A stretch of 64,000 nucleotides of DNA from an uncultured SAR86 cluster bacterium (GTDB lineage: Bacteria; Pseudomonadota; Gammaproteobacteria; Magnimaribacterales; AG-339-G14): NCBI GenBank assembly GCA_902526045.1, contig CABZJI010000001.1, forward strand, positions 529,416-593,415, read 5' to 3'. Made by a program: the position numbers and the translations under genes. Each line of letters opens with the position of its first letter. Position 1 is the first letter of the stretch. Below are positions 9,771-19,557 of the stretch, piece after piece. The notes beneath the pieces were generated by a model. The model ran no database searches, had not been told where the DNA came from, and worked only from the letters and a program-made list of their open reading frames with translations.

Positions 9771-10041
9771 TCAAATGATGTTGATATTTATTTTAGGATC
9801 TATGATAGCTGCCTTTCTAAGTTCCCAATTAGTTCTGAATAGGAATGCTAGCTTCAAGCAATTAGTCTCAGAAAAGTATCTTTTAAATGACTACAAGTCA
9901 AAATTAGGTGAAGAATCAGTTTACCTTAAGAACAAGATATTAAATCTAACTTCACACAATTCAGTAAAAGAAAAAACTGTCGATGAATATGGAATGATTT
10001 TGCCTGATTCCGTTGTTTTAATTCAAGGAGAAGAAAAGTGA
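9763..10041 (+). CDS. ftsL: cell division protein FtsL
   Basis: 92 aa bitopic protein with an N-terminal TM and a coiled-coil. Position after rsmH. Confidence 0.8.
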   Translation: MFNQMMLIFILGSMIAAFLSSQLVLNRNASFKQLVSEKYLLNDYKSKLGEESVYLKNKILNLTSHNSVKEKTVDEYGMILPDSVVLIQGEEK

Positions 10042-10589
10042 AATTCTTAACTTTCATTCTAATGATATTTTCTTCAACTTTTCTTTTATCCGAAGTTTTT
10101 AAAGATCCTAAACCTTTATTTTCAAAAGATAATCCTAATTTTGTTAAATCATCTAAAGCAGTCAATTCTTGGCCAACGAAAAAATTGCACGTGAAAGAAT
10201 ATCAACCTTTAGTTTTTTGGGGAAAAGACCAGATACTGACCCAATCTGGTCGCCTCCTCAAATTTGAAACTAAAGAAGGTTTGAAGTTAGTCAATATTGA
10301 GGCAAATAGAAATAATATTGATTTTGTCTTAAGGTATTTTTTTGATTTCTATAAAATTTTGAAAGGATCTGACTTAGTTCTTAAAAGAATTTTAATTGAA
10401 GAGTTTGATTTAATGACTATAGAAGATGATTCCGGTATTAGGTTTCATATGAATAAATCAAAAATAGAAAATCAATCAGAGAACCTTAAAACATTTCTTC
10501 AAAGCAATTACTTTAACAATATAAAAGATACCTTTTCATATTTAGATCTCAGGTATCAGAACAAAGGAGCAATTGGTTTTAGGGATTAA
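10038..10589 (+). CDS. ftsQ: FtsQ-like cell division protein, short form (183 aa)
   Basis: GTG start overlaps the ftsL stop (GTGA). N-terminal TM. C-terminal YLDLRYQNKGAIGF matches FtsQ (vDLRY..g.aVgW). WP.KKLHVKEYQPLVFW resembles the end of POTRA. Directly precedes ftsA. Confidence 0.65.
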   Translation: MKFLTFILMIFSSTFLLSEVFKDPKPLFSKDNPNFVKSSKAVNSWPTKKLHVKEYQPLVFWGKDQILTQSGRLLKFETKEGLKLVNIEANRNNIDFVLRYFFDFYKILKGSDLVLKRILIEEFDLMTIEDDSGIRFHMNKSKIENQSENLKTFLQSNYFNNIKDTFSYLDLRYQNKGAIGFRD

Positions 10590-10590
10590 T

Positions 10591-11820
10591 ATGGCTACCA
10601 ACGGATCAAATAACATCAGAGTAGGAATTGACATAGGCACCTCAAAAGTCGTGTGTTTAATAGCTGAATATGTTGATCACGAATTGCGAGTTATTGGTTT
10701 AGGAAGTAAAACGTCTCAAGGTTTAAAAAATGGTGTGATAGTTGATATTGAATCAACTGTATCTGCAATAGAATCTGCGGTTAATGACGCAGAATTGATG
10801 TCTGGCAAACAAGTTACATCAGCTTTTGTAGGTATAAGTGGAGGTCATATCAATGGTTTAAATTCTGAGGGTGTTGTAGGAATAAAAGATAAAAAAGTCA
10901 AAGTTAGTGATGTTGATAAAGTCATCACTGCCGCACAAGCATATGCTATTCCAGATGACTCTCAATTGCTTCATGTTCTGCCAAGAGACTATATTATTGA
11001 TCAACAAAATGGCATCAAAGAACCTCTTGGAATGGCCGGCGTAAGACTGGAAACCAAAGTTCATCTAGTCACCTGTAACAGGAACTCTGCTCAAAACATA
11101 TCCTCCTGTATGAAAGCTTGCGGCATTACTGTCGAAGGATTTGTTTTAGAGCAACTAGCTTCTAGTTACTCAGTCCTGTCAGAAGATGAAAAAGAGTTGG
11201 GAACGTGTTTAATTGACATGGGTGGCGGAACTTCAGACGTTGCAGTTTTTCAAAATGGAGCAATAAGCCATACTGCTAATATTCCAACTTCTGGTGATCA
11301 TATTACTAAAGACATTGCTAGAGCACTACAAACTCCAAGCATGCAAGCAGAAGAACTCAAGAAGAAGTATGGCTGTGCTTCAAGTTCGATAATTCATGAA
11401 AATGAAACAATTGAGGTTCCGGGCATGGCAGGAAGAAAAAATAAAATTTTCTCAAGAATGGCCCTTGCCAGTGTAATAGAGCAGAGGTATCTAGATATTT
11501 TTGGCTTAATAAAACAAAAACTTAACTTATCTTCTTCAGAAAATATTATTCCCGCTGGAATTGTAATCACAGGGGGAACATCCAGAATGGAAGGAGTAGC
11601 TCAATTAGCAGAAGAAGTTTTTAATTCTCCTGTGCGCATTGGTTCGCCATCAGGATTGATAGGATTGACCGATATTTTAAGGAATCCAATATATGCCACT
11701 GCTGTTGGATTGGTTTTATATAGTCAGAAATCACAAGAAGAAGATCATATGAATTATTTGTTTATGAAAGACAAGAATATTTTTAATAAGGCTTTTAGGT
11801 GGATCCAAAACAATTTCTAA
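10591..11820 (+). CDS. ftsA: cell division protein FtsA
   Basis: Actin-fold motifs VGIDIGTSKV and DMGGGTSDVAVF, GGTSRMEG. ATG 10591 preferred over the in-frame TTG at 10573, which overlaps ftsQ. Confidence 0.95.
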   Translation: MATNGSNNIRVGIDIGTSKVVCLIAEYVDHELRVIGLGSKTSQGLKNGVIVDIESTVSAIESAVNDAELMSGKQVTSAFVGISGGHINGLNSEGVVGIKDKKVKVSDVDKVITAAQAYAIPDDSQLLHVLPRDYIIDQQNGIKEPLGMAGVRLETKVHLVTCNRNSAQNISSCMKACGITVEGFVLEQLASSYSVLSEDEKELGTCLIDMGGGTSDVAVFQNGAISHTANIPTSGDHITKDIARALQTPSMQAEELKKKYGCASSSIIHENETIEVPGMAGRKNKIFSRMALASVIEQRYLDIFGLIKQKLNLSSSENIIPAGIVITGGTSRMEGVAQLAEEVFNSPVRIGSPSGLIGLTDILRNPIYATAVGLVLYSQKSQEEDHMNYLFMKDKNIFNKAFRWIQNNF

Positions 11821-11838
11821 TTTAAATAAGGAGGGACT

Positions 11839-12966
11839 ATGAACTGGACCGTTGTAGAAAATGAAACTAAATCATCTGCTCTTATAAGAGTAGTCGGAGT
11901 AGGCGGAGCTGGAGGAAACGCAGTAAATCATATGGTTGAAAGCGGAATCGAAGGCGTGCAAATGATTTGTGCTAATACAGATGAGCAAGCGCTTGATACC
12001 AACCTAGCAGAATTAAAAATTACTTTAGGAACGGGAATTTCGAATGGTCTTGGAGCAGGAGGAAAACCTGAGGTTGGAAGAGATGCAGCTCTTGATGATC
12101 TCGAAAGAATTAAAACCTTGCTTGAGGGTTCTGATATGGTTTTTGTTGCAGCAGGAATGGGGGGTGGAACTGGAACTGGTGCAGCCCCAATTGTCGCTAG
12201 AGCCGCTAAAGAAATAGGTGCTTTGACAGTTGCAGTAGTCACTAAGCCATTAGAGCTTGAAATGCGTGATCAAATTGCAGATGTTGGCTTAAAAGAACTT
12301 ACTGATGAAGTTGATTCATTAATCGCAATCCCTAACCAAAAATTATTGGAAGTTCTCGGAAGAGAACATAGTCTTCTTGATGCCTTTAAGCAAGCAAACG
12401 ATGTTCTATTAGGAGCTGTTAGAGGTATATCAGATATCATCACACAAACCGGACTCGTAAACGTTGATTTTCAAGATGTTAAAACAGTAATGTCAGAAAA
12501 AGGAACAGCTATGATGGGAACTGGAATTGCAAATGGGCCAAGCAGGGCAAAAGAGGCAGCCTCTGCAGCTGTTGGAAGTCCATTGTTAGAAGATATTAAT
12601 CTAGAAAACGCAAAAGGAGTTCTTGTCAATATCACAGCAGGGCCAGATATGAAAACGGGAGAAATTGAGGAAGTTCTCGCCTTAGTAAGAGAATTTGCTG
12701 CTCAAGATGCAACAATCATACATGGTGTGGCATTTGATGATTCTATGGGAGCGGATATAAAGGTAACGATTGTTGCAACTGGCCTTGGTGGAAGGGCATC
12801 TAAAAAGACGCCCAAAAATAGCTTTGAATTTGAATCGGTTGAACCCATCCTTCCGAAGCCAGATATTTCTCATTCTTCTAGGGAAGTTAAAAAAGTTTCG
12901 TCTAGTGATTTAATGGATTCAGAATATCTAGATATTCCATCTTTCGTTAAAAAACAAATAGATTAG
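11839..12966 (+). CDS. ftsZ: cell division GTPase FtsZ
   Basis: AAGGAGG SD upstream. Tubulin signature GGGTGTGAAP. C-terminal conserved peptide EYLDIPSFVKKQ. Confidence 0.98.
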   Translation: MNWTVVENETKSSALIRVVGVGGAGGNAVNHMVESGIEGVQMICANTDEQALDTNLAELKITLGTGISNGLGAGGKPEVGRDAALDDLERIKTLLEGSDMVFVAAGMGGGTGTGAAPIVARAAKEIGALTVAVVTKPLELEMRDQIADVGLKELTDEVDSLIAIPNQKLLEVLGREHSLLDAFKQANDVLLGAVRGISDIITQTGLVNVDFQDVKTVMSEKGTAMMGTGIANGPSRAKEAASAAVGSPLLEDINLENAKGVLVNITAGPDMKTGEIEEVLALVREFAAQDATIIHGVAFDDSMGADIKVTIVATGLGGRASKKTPKNSFEFESVEPILPKPDISHSSREVKKVSSSDLMDSEYLDIPSFVKKQID

Positions 12967-12972
12967 ATTTCT

Positions 12973-14601
12973 TTGAGCCATCAAACGGAAAAAACCAGAG
13001 AACTTGTTCTCTGGTTTTTTCTTCCCATTCTTTTTTTACTTCTCTTTGTAAGACTAATATATTTCCAAATGACTGAGGCAGACTTTTCATTTTATAAAAT
13101 TGATAGTCGAATTTCACAAAGCCAAGTCATAAAGTCATCACGAGGAAAAATAGTCGATAGAAACGATCGAGTATTGGCTGAAGATATTATTTTTTATGAT
13201 ATTGGAATAGACCTTAATTACTTCTCGTTCAAACCAGACGAGATAAAATTTATTTCTAATTTATTAGATATCGAGGAACAAAATTTAAGAGAAAGATCCT
13301 CTAATCAGAGACTTAAATTCATTCAAATTTCAAAAAAAGTAAATAGGGAAAAAGCAGAAAAGCTTAAAAAAGAAAAAATTCAAGGACTAGTTTTCGACGA
13401 AAGGTACTACAGAAATTATCCCGAAGGAGAAGCCTTTTCTCAACTAATTGGGATCACTGATATAAATAATGATGGTCTTCAAGGTATAGAGCTAAGTTTT
13501 CAGAAAAGCCTTGATAGCTCAAATGGAAGAATAGACTTAAAAAGAGATGGTAACGGAAAAGTTATTGAAGAAGTGATTGCTCCAGAGAGGGATGGCAACT
13601 TAATAAAGTTATCTATTGATTCAGATTATCAATTCATTGTTTTCGATGAATTGAAAAGAGCTGTAGTTGAAAACAATGCAAGCAATGCTTCCGCAATAAT
13701 GATTGATTTAGATTCTGAAGAGATTCTAGCAATCACTAATTATCCTAGTTTTGATCCCAACGATAGAAAATCCTTATCAGATATTTCTCTAGTGACGAAC
13801 AAAGCATCGATTTCTCTTATGGAGCCTGGTTCTGTTTTAAAACCGCTTAGTATTGCTTTAGCTCTAGATGATGAATTAATTGATGAAGATACCTTGATCG
13901 ATACTAATCCTGGATGGGTTGAATTTGAGGATTATAGAACAGAGGACTTTAGAAATTATGGAGTTCTTTCGGTAAGCGAAGTTATAGCTAAATCAAGCAA
14001 TGTAGGTACTGTAAAAATATGCTCTCAAATGAACAAATCAAGAGTAATATCAGGAATGCGTTCTTTTGGAATCGGAGAGTACTTTAGTCAGATGTTTTTG
14101 AATCACAGAGAGGGATTTTTGCCGGGAGAACAAAACATTTCCCTAAGAGGTTTGGTTAGTTTATGTTACGGGTATGGTCTCCAGACAACTCTGCTGCACA
14201 TTGCAAAAGCCTATACCGGAATTTTAAATGATGGTTTCGAAGCAAATCTTAAGATTATTTCATCAGATAGCAATGAAACAAGCAGAAGAATTCTTAAAAA
14301 GGAAACTTCTAACAAGATAAAAAACATTTTAATACAAACTGTTAATAATGGGACTGGAAAACTAGCTAAAGTAGAAGGTGGAGTTGTTGGCGGAAAAACA
14401 GGGACAAGTCTAATATCTGAAGAACGAGGATATGATGAAGATTCTATAAATGCTTTATTTGTGGGATTCATTGAAAAAAATAGTTATAGATACTTGCTAG
14501 CAATAATGGTTCAAGAACCAAAAAATGATGTCTCAGGAGGCTCCGATGTTGCAGCTCCAATTTTTTCTAATGTTTTTAAATCAATTTTTGCTTCGTCATG
14601 A
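12973..14601 (+). CDS. ftsI: peptidoglycan D,D-transpeptidase FtsI (PBP3)
   Basis: TTG start 6 nt after the ftsZ stop, in the same frame. N-terminal TM anchor. SxxK (PGSVLKP), SxN (KSSNVG) and KTG (GKTGTS) motifs. Confidence 0.93.
   Translation: MSHQTEKTRELVLWFFLPILFLLLFVRLIYFQMTEADFSFYKIDSRISQSQVIKSSRGKIVDRNDRVLAEDIIFYDIGIDLNYFSFKPDEIKFISNLLDIEEQNLRERSSNQRLKFIQISKKVNREKAEKLKKEKIQGLVFDERYYRNYPEGEAFSQLIGITDINNDGLQGIELSFQKSLDSSNGRIDLKRDGNGKVIEEVIAPERDGNLIKLSIDSDYQFIVFDELKRAVVENNASNASAIMIDLDSEEILAITNYPSFDPNDRKSLSDISLVTNKASISLMEPGSVLKPLSIALALDDELIDEDTLIDTNPGWVEFEDYRTEDFRNYGVLSVSEVIAKSSNVGTVKICSQMNKSRVISGMRSFGIGEYFSQMFLNHREGFLPGEQNISLRGLVSLCYGYGLQTTLLHIAKAYTGILNDGFEANLKIISSDSNETSRRILKKETSNKIKNILIQTVNNGTGKLAKVEGGVVGGKTGTSLISEERGYDEDSINALFVGFIEKNSYRYLLAIMVQEPKNDVSGGSDVAAPIFSNVFKSIFASS
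12988..13021. terminator. strong palindrome / intrinsic-terminator-like hairpin with A-tract and T-tract (bidirectional form)
   Basis: GAAAAAACCAGAGAAC (12988-13003), tt, GTTCTCTGGTTTTTTC (13006-13021): perfect 16-nt arms. The GC-containing core CCAGAGAAC/GTTCTCTGG is followed by TTTTTT. It begins 22 nt after the ftsZ stop, inside codons 6-17 of ftsI. Confidence 0.6.
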
Positions 14602-16040
14602 AAAATCTCAAAGATTTATTAGATACTAATGAATTAAAAAGTGATATTAGATTTAAAAAATTATGCATCAATTCAAATGATATAGATCCAGGAGATGTTT
14701 TTGTTGCATTGAAAAATTCTCCAAAAAGAGATGGAAATATATTTATAGACCATGCTTTTGAGAAAGGAGCAGTAGCTGTTCTTACGGGCATACATCATGC
14801 CAATTACAAAAAAAGGAACATAATTCATGTATCTGGGTTAGAAGAAAAACTAGTAGACCTGGCAAACAAGACCTATAAGTTTAATCAAGTCAAAAAGATA
14901 TTTGGCGTAACTGGAACAAATGGCAAGACCAGCACAATTCATTTTCTAAAACAATTACATGAACAGCTAAATATGAAGGTATCTTTTTTTAATTCTATTG
15001 AAAATGGAGGTTCAGGTCTTGAGTTAAAATCTTCAAAAATGACAACTCCAGATATCTTTAAACTCTATAGGTTTTTAGAAATATCAAATGAAAACAATAT
15101 TGAGAATTCTTTGCTAGAGGTTTCATCTCATGCTTTGCATCAAAAAAGGATCGGAGACATCGAAATCAAATTTAAAGGATTAACAAGTTTTTCTGAAGAC
15201 CATCTTGATTATCATGGCAATATGGAAAAATATTCAAAAGTAAAAGAATCTTTTTTTGATTCTCATGACTTATCGTTAAGAGGATATGTATTTAATGAAG
15301 ATAATTATTTAGGTGCAAAACTTAAACAGAAATTCAAAAATTGTTATTCATATTCATTTCATAACAAAAATGCTGATGTATTCATACACAAAAGCTCATC
15401 AAATCAATTTTTATTGGATTCTGAGGATATTTTGCCGAAAAAAATTAATGTTAACTTCCAAGGAGATCATTATTTCTCGAATCTGATTTGTGCTCTTCTT
15501 TTATTTTGGATTGCAAACCAAGACGTTGATTTATCAAGTATAGATATATTTGATCTTAGTCTGCCTGAAGGAAGAAATCAAAAAATAGATTTTCATGGAA
15601 GAGATGTGTTTATTGATTTTGCTCATACTCCTGATGCATTGAATGCAAGTTTAAAATCACTAAGAAATACACATCCAGGAAATTTAATTTGTCTATTCGG
15701 ATGTGGTGGTGATAGAGATAGATCTAAAAGGTCAAAGATGGGAAAAATAGCAGAAAATCTATCTGATCAGGTTTTCGTTACCAACGACAATCCTAGGAGT
15801 GAAAAACCTGAAATGATTGTTGAAGACATATTATCAGACTGTTCATCAAAGAACATAAATGTAATTTTTGATAGAAAGGAAGCTATTTTTAAATCGCTTG
15901 AATTACTCCTTGATAGTAAACCCGGTTCTGCATTATTAATTGCAGGCAAAGGAAATGAAAGTTATCAAGAATTTGAGAATGGATTAAGAAAAGATTTTAG
16001 TGATTTTAAAGAAGTCATGAGTTTTAAGAATGCTATTTAA
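14598..16040 (+). CDS. murE: UDP-MurNAc-L-Ala-D-Glu:meso-DAP ligase
   Basis: Mur ligase P-loop GVTGTNGKTST. DNPRSE motif typical of MurE. ATGA overlap with ftsI. Confidence 0.93.
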   Translation: MKNLKDLLDTNELKSDIRFKKLCINSNDIDPGDVFVALKNSPKRDGNIFIDHAFEKGAVAVLTGIHHANYKKRNIIHVSGLEEKLVDLANKTYKFNQVKKIFGVTGTNGKTSTIHFLKQLHEQLNMKVSFFNSIENGGSGLELKSSKMTTPDIFKLYRFLEISNENNIENSLLEVSSHALHQKRIGDIEIKFKGLTSFSEDHLDYHGNMEKYSKVKESFFDSHDLSLRGYVFNEDNYLGAKLKQKFKNCYSYSFHNKNADVFIHKSSSNQFLLDSEDILPKKINVNFQGDHYFSNLICALLLFWIANQDVDLSSIDIFDLSLPEGRNQKIDFHGRDVFIDFAHTPDALNASLKSLRNTHPGNLICLFGCGGDRDRSKRSKMGKIAENLSDQVFVTNDNPRSEKPEMIVEDILSDCSSKNINVIFDRKEAIFKSLELLLDSKPGSALLIAGKGNESYQEFENGLRKDFSDFKEVMSFKNAI

Positions 16041-17268
16041 ATTTTCAAACCAAATATTAGCCGCTAAATTAAATCTTGAGAAACCTAAGAAAGAATTTGT
16101 ATCCTCAAAAATAGTTACAGACTCCAGAAAGATTTCTAAAGGCGATTGTTTCCTTGCTTTAAAGGGACCAAATTTCAATGGTCATGATTTTATTGTTGAA
16201 GCATTAGATAGGGGAGCTTCTTTTGTTATTTCTGAAAAAAATCATCCTCAAGATAAAAGAATTTTAGGCGTTTATTCAACCCATGAATGTTTATCTTTTT
16301 TAGCTAAATATCAAAGAAACAAGTTTGAAGGAAAAGTGGTAGGTATAACTGGAAGTAATGGCAAAACTTCGACTAAATTACTATTGAGCTCTCTTTTATC
16401 TGACAAATTTGATCCTTCACAAATTTATGTTTCACCAGGAAACTGGAATAATTTTTACGGATTATGCTTTAGCCTCTTAGAATTAAAAAAACATCACAAA
16501 ATTGGAATTTTTGAGATAGGAACGAATGACTTTGGTGAAATAAATGAATTATCGTCAATATTGCAGCCCGAAGTAGGAGTGATTACATCAATTGGAAAAG
16601 CCCATTTAGAAAAATTGATCAATCTTGAGGGGGTTGCACAAGAGAAATCAAACATTTTTAAAAATGTTTTACCTCATGGTACTTGCATCTTTCCAGATAT
16701 TGATGATCATATCAGTGAGTTTCATGCCAAGTCTCATGACAAAAAGATCAGATCGTTTTCTTGCCATGGATTAGATGCAAAAAAATCAAATAGTAAGTGT
16801 GTAGAAGCTATTCTCGTAAGTCTTGGAATAGAAAATATCTCATTTGATCAAATATATAATTTATCAAAAGATGTTGTCGTCCCATCTAGGACAGAGCAAA
16901 GCTATAATTCTAAAGGTGTTTTGATAATTGATGATACTTACAATGCAAATCCTGATTCATTTATAGAGGCATTTAGAGTCTTAGAATCTAGTGATAAAGA
17001 TAATAAAATTTGTGTCATTGGTGATATGAAAGAGTTAGGTGAAAGCTTTCAGCAAGAAATGAAAAAAATAATCGATGAAGCCTGTGAGAGATTTGATAAC
17101 GTTTTTTTATTTAACTCAAAATTTGAACCCTCAAAGGAAAATGTAGTCAAAATAAATATTGCTAATGCAGAAGAAAAGATTGGATCTTTATTGGGTAATA
17201 ATACTGCCATATTATTCAAGGCATCTAGATCAGTTAAAATAGAAGATTGCATGAATATTTTTAAATAA
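16030..17268 (+). CDS. murF: UDP-MurNAc-tripeptide:D-Ala-D-Ala ligase
   Basis: GITGSNGKTST P-loop, DDTYNANPDS motif. Position after murE. Confidence 0.92.
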   Translation: MLFKFSNQILAAKLNLEKPKKEFVSSKIVTDSRKISKGDCFLALKGPNFNGHDFIVEALDRGASFVISEKNHPQDKRILGVYSTHECLSFLAKYQRNKFEGKVVGITGSNGKTSTKLLLSSLLSDKFDPSQIYVSPGNWNNFYGLCFSLLELKKHHKIGIFEIGTNDFGEINELSSILQPEVGVITSIGKAHLEKLINLEGVAQEKSNIFKNVLPHGTCIFPDIDDHISEFHAKSHDKKIRSFSCHGLDAKKSNSKCVEAILVSLGIENISFDQIYNLSKDVVVPSRTEQSYNSKGVLIIDDTYNANPDSFIEAFRVLESSDKDNKICVIGDMKELGESFQQEMKKIIDEACERFDNVFLFNSKFEPSKENVVKINIANAEEKIGSLLGNNTAILFKASRSVKIEDCMNIFK

Positions 17269-18350
17269 TGTTTTTACCTATTTTAGAAATTTTAGCTGAA
17301 AGCTATGGTCCCTTAAGGATTTTCAATTATCTTACTTTTAGAGCAATTTTAGCCACTTTAACTTCATTGATTTTTTGCCTATCCTTTGGAAATTGGTTTA
17401 TTAATTTTTTGAAAATGGAAAGGTTTAATCAATATATTAGGAAAGAAGGACCCGAAAGACATTTGGTTAAAGAAGGAACTCCAACAATGGGGGGGCTATT
17501 GATCTTAGCAGCTGTAGTATTCTCAGTTTTCTGCTGGGGAGACTTATCAAATAAATACCTTTGGCTGGTATTATTTATGACAGTTTCTTTTGGGGTAATC
17601 GGCTGGATAGATGATTTAACTAAACTCAAAACTCAGTCAAGCAACGGACTTACAAGTAGGCAGAAGTTCTTTTGGCAGTCTATATCAGCTTTTATCGGCA
17701 TAATAACCTTTTATACATTTTCTACAAATCCTCTTGAGACAAGCTTAATAATTCCTTTTTTCAAAGATTTTTCTTTGCCGTTAGGTTTATTTTTTATTTT
17801 CTTTTCTTATTTTGTAATTGTTGGCTCCAGTAGCGCGGTGAATCTTACTGATGGCTTGGATGGTCTTGCAATAATGCCTTCAGTAATGATCGCAGCTGCT
17901 TTGGGTATTCTTGGATATGCATCTGGGAACATAATCATTTCAGATTATCTCAATATTCCGTATTTACCACTATCAGGTGAAATGCTTGTATTTTGCGGAG
18001 CTATTGTTGGCTCCGGTATTGGATTTCTATGGTTCAACACTTATCCTGCTCAAGTCTTTATGGGAGATGTTGGCTCTCTTTCGTTAGGGGCAGCACTTGG
18101 AGCAATTGCGGTTATGATAAGGCAAGAAATAGTATTTGCGATAATGGCAGGAGTTTTTGTTGCCGAGACTTTATCTGTCATGATCCAGGTCACTTCATAT
18201 AAATTAACTGGTAAAAGGGTATTCAAAATGGCTCCCTTGCACCATCATTTTGAATTGTCAGGATGGGCAGAACCAAAGATTATTGTGAGATTCTGGATAA
18301 TTACATTGATTCTAATTCTTATTGGATTTGCTACCCTCAGACTAAGGTAG
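17268..18350 (+). CDS. mraY: phospho-N-acetylmuramoyl-pentapeptide transferase
   Basis: Polytopic membrane protein. NLTDGLDGLA, FMGDVGSL and APLHHHFE motifs. Confidence 0.97.
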   Translation: MFLPILEILAESYGPLRIFNYLTFRAILATLTSLIFCLSFGNWFINFLKMERFNQYIRKEGPERHLVKEGTPTMGGLLILAAVVFSVFCWGDLSNKYLWLVLFMTVSFGVIGWIDDLTKLKTQSSNGLTSRQKFFWQSISAFIGIITFYTFSTNPLETSLIIPFFKDFSLPLGLFFIFFSYFVIVGSSSAVNLTDGLDGLAIMPSVMIAAALGILGYASGNIIISDYLNIPYLPLSGEMLVFCGAIVGSGIGFLWFNTYPAQVFMGDVGSLSLGAALGAIAVMIRQEIVFAIMAGVFVAETLSVMIQVTSYKLTGKRVFKMAPLHHHFELSGWAEPKIIVRFWIITLILILIGFATLRLR

Positions 18351-18354
18351 CCAA

Positions 18355-19557
18355 GTGTCAGACAAAACTACTCGATCACTTATATTAGGGCTTGGTCAAA
18401 CAGGCTTATCTCTTTTTGATTACCTAAGAAAATTTGAACAAGAGCCACTTATTTTTGATACCAGAGATGATCCTCCATACAAAAAAGAATTACTTAAAAA
18501 AAGTAAAAATCCTCTAATTATTTCTAATCACAAGGAAATAGCTTTTGATGAGATTGAATCATGTTATATAAGTCCTGGATTTGAGTTAGGTCATGAAATC
18601 GTAAAAAAATTAAATACTAATAATATTAAAATCCTTTCAGATTTTGATCTCTTTCTGAAAGTTCATGCTAAAAAATCAATTCTTGTTACAGGAACAAACG
18701 GGAAAACATCTGTAGTATCTTTGCTTCAATACGTCATGAAATCCCTGGGACTCAAAGTAAAAAGTATTGGAAATAATGGTTTTCCTGTACTTGATCATAT
18801 TGAAGAGCGACTGGATTATTTTGTAATTGAAGTATCTTCTTTTCAAATAGAAAGGACAAAATATTTATCTAGTTTGATTTCTGTATTATTGAATATATCT
18901 CCTGATCATTTAGATGTTCACGATTCTTTTGAACAATACATAGAAATAAAAAAAAGAATATTTGAAAACTCAAACTTCAAAATTGGACCTGAAGGTACCG
19001 GATTAGATTTAGATTTCACTATGCCTGAAATCACAAATCATGAAATCTATAATCAAGAAGCTGTAAAAAGTATACTTTTGCACTTAGGTCTCAAGAAAAG
19101 ATCCATTGAAGAGAAAATACTTTCTTTTAACCCGCTTCCTCATCGCCTTGAAGATATTTCTTTAAACAAACATCTCACCATAATAAATGACTCAAAATCT
19201 TCCAATCCACATTCACTTAATGCTGCGATAAATAAGTATAAAGATGAAAAAATTATTTTAATTATGGGAGGTTTAAAAAAGGATCTAAGTTTTAGACCAC
19301 TATTGGAGCTTTTTAAGAAAAATACTAAGAAAGTTTTTGTTTATGGTGCAGACAGAGAAAAGATTTCAAATGAAATAGAAGAGTTAAATCCAATCGTGCT
19401 TGAGAGTATGGCTCAAGCCGTAAAAGAGGCTATTAATTATTCTACCAAAAATGATTTGGTCTTATTTTCTCCCGGATGTTCAAGTTTTGATGAATTTCAA
19501 AATTATGAAGAAAGGGGATCTAAGTTTAAAGAATTGATCAATAAATATGTTGGCTAG
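18355..19557 (+). CDS. murD: UDP-MurNAc-L-Ala:D-Glu ligase
   Basis: GLGQTG N-terminal Rossmann motif, VTGTNGKTS P-loop. Position between mraY and ftsW. Confidence 0.92.
   Translation: MSDKTTRSLILGLGQTGLSLFDYLRKFEQEPLIFDTRDDPPYKKELLKKSKNPLIISNHKEIAFDEIESCYISPGFELGHEIVKKLNTNNIKILSDFDLFLKVHAKKSILVTGTNGKTSVVSLLQYVMKSLGLKVKSIGNNGFPVLDHIEERLDYFVIEVSSFQIERTKYLSSLISVLLNISPDHLDVHDSFEQYIEIKKRIFENSNFKIGPEGTGLDLDFTMPEITNHEIYNQEAVKSILLHLGLKKRSIEEKILSFNPLPHRLEDISLNKHLTIINDSKSSNPHSLNAAINKYKDEKIILIMGGLKKDLSFRPLLELFKKNTKKVFVYGADREKISNEIEELNPIVLESMAQAVKEAINYSTKNDLVLFSPGCSSFDEFQNYEERGSKFKELINKYVG

Noticed and set aside
11928-12242. 104-aa antisense ORF inside ftsZ. Similar internal or antisense ORFs occur at 2872-3060, 3324-3653, 17993-18202, 19990-20286, 25105-25353, 55493-55741 and 61660-61923, among others.
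   Set aside because: All are fully embedded in strongly supported conserved genes. They have low-complexity or Gly/Ala/Pro-rich translations typical of off-frame reading, and none has an SD or independent context. Treated as spurious.
12964-12975. Possibility of an FtsZ-FtsI read-through fusion (same frame, TAG then two sense codons then the ftsI TTG)
   Set aside because: The in-frame arrangement is real. However, a cytoplasmic FtsZ fused to a bitopic PBP makes no biological sense, and nothing suggests TAG suppression. Interpreted as termination-reinitiation coupling instead.
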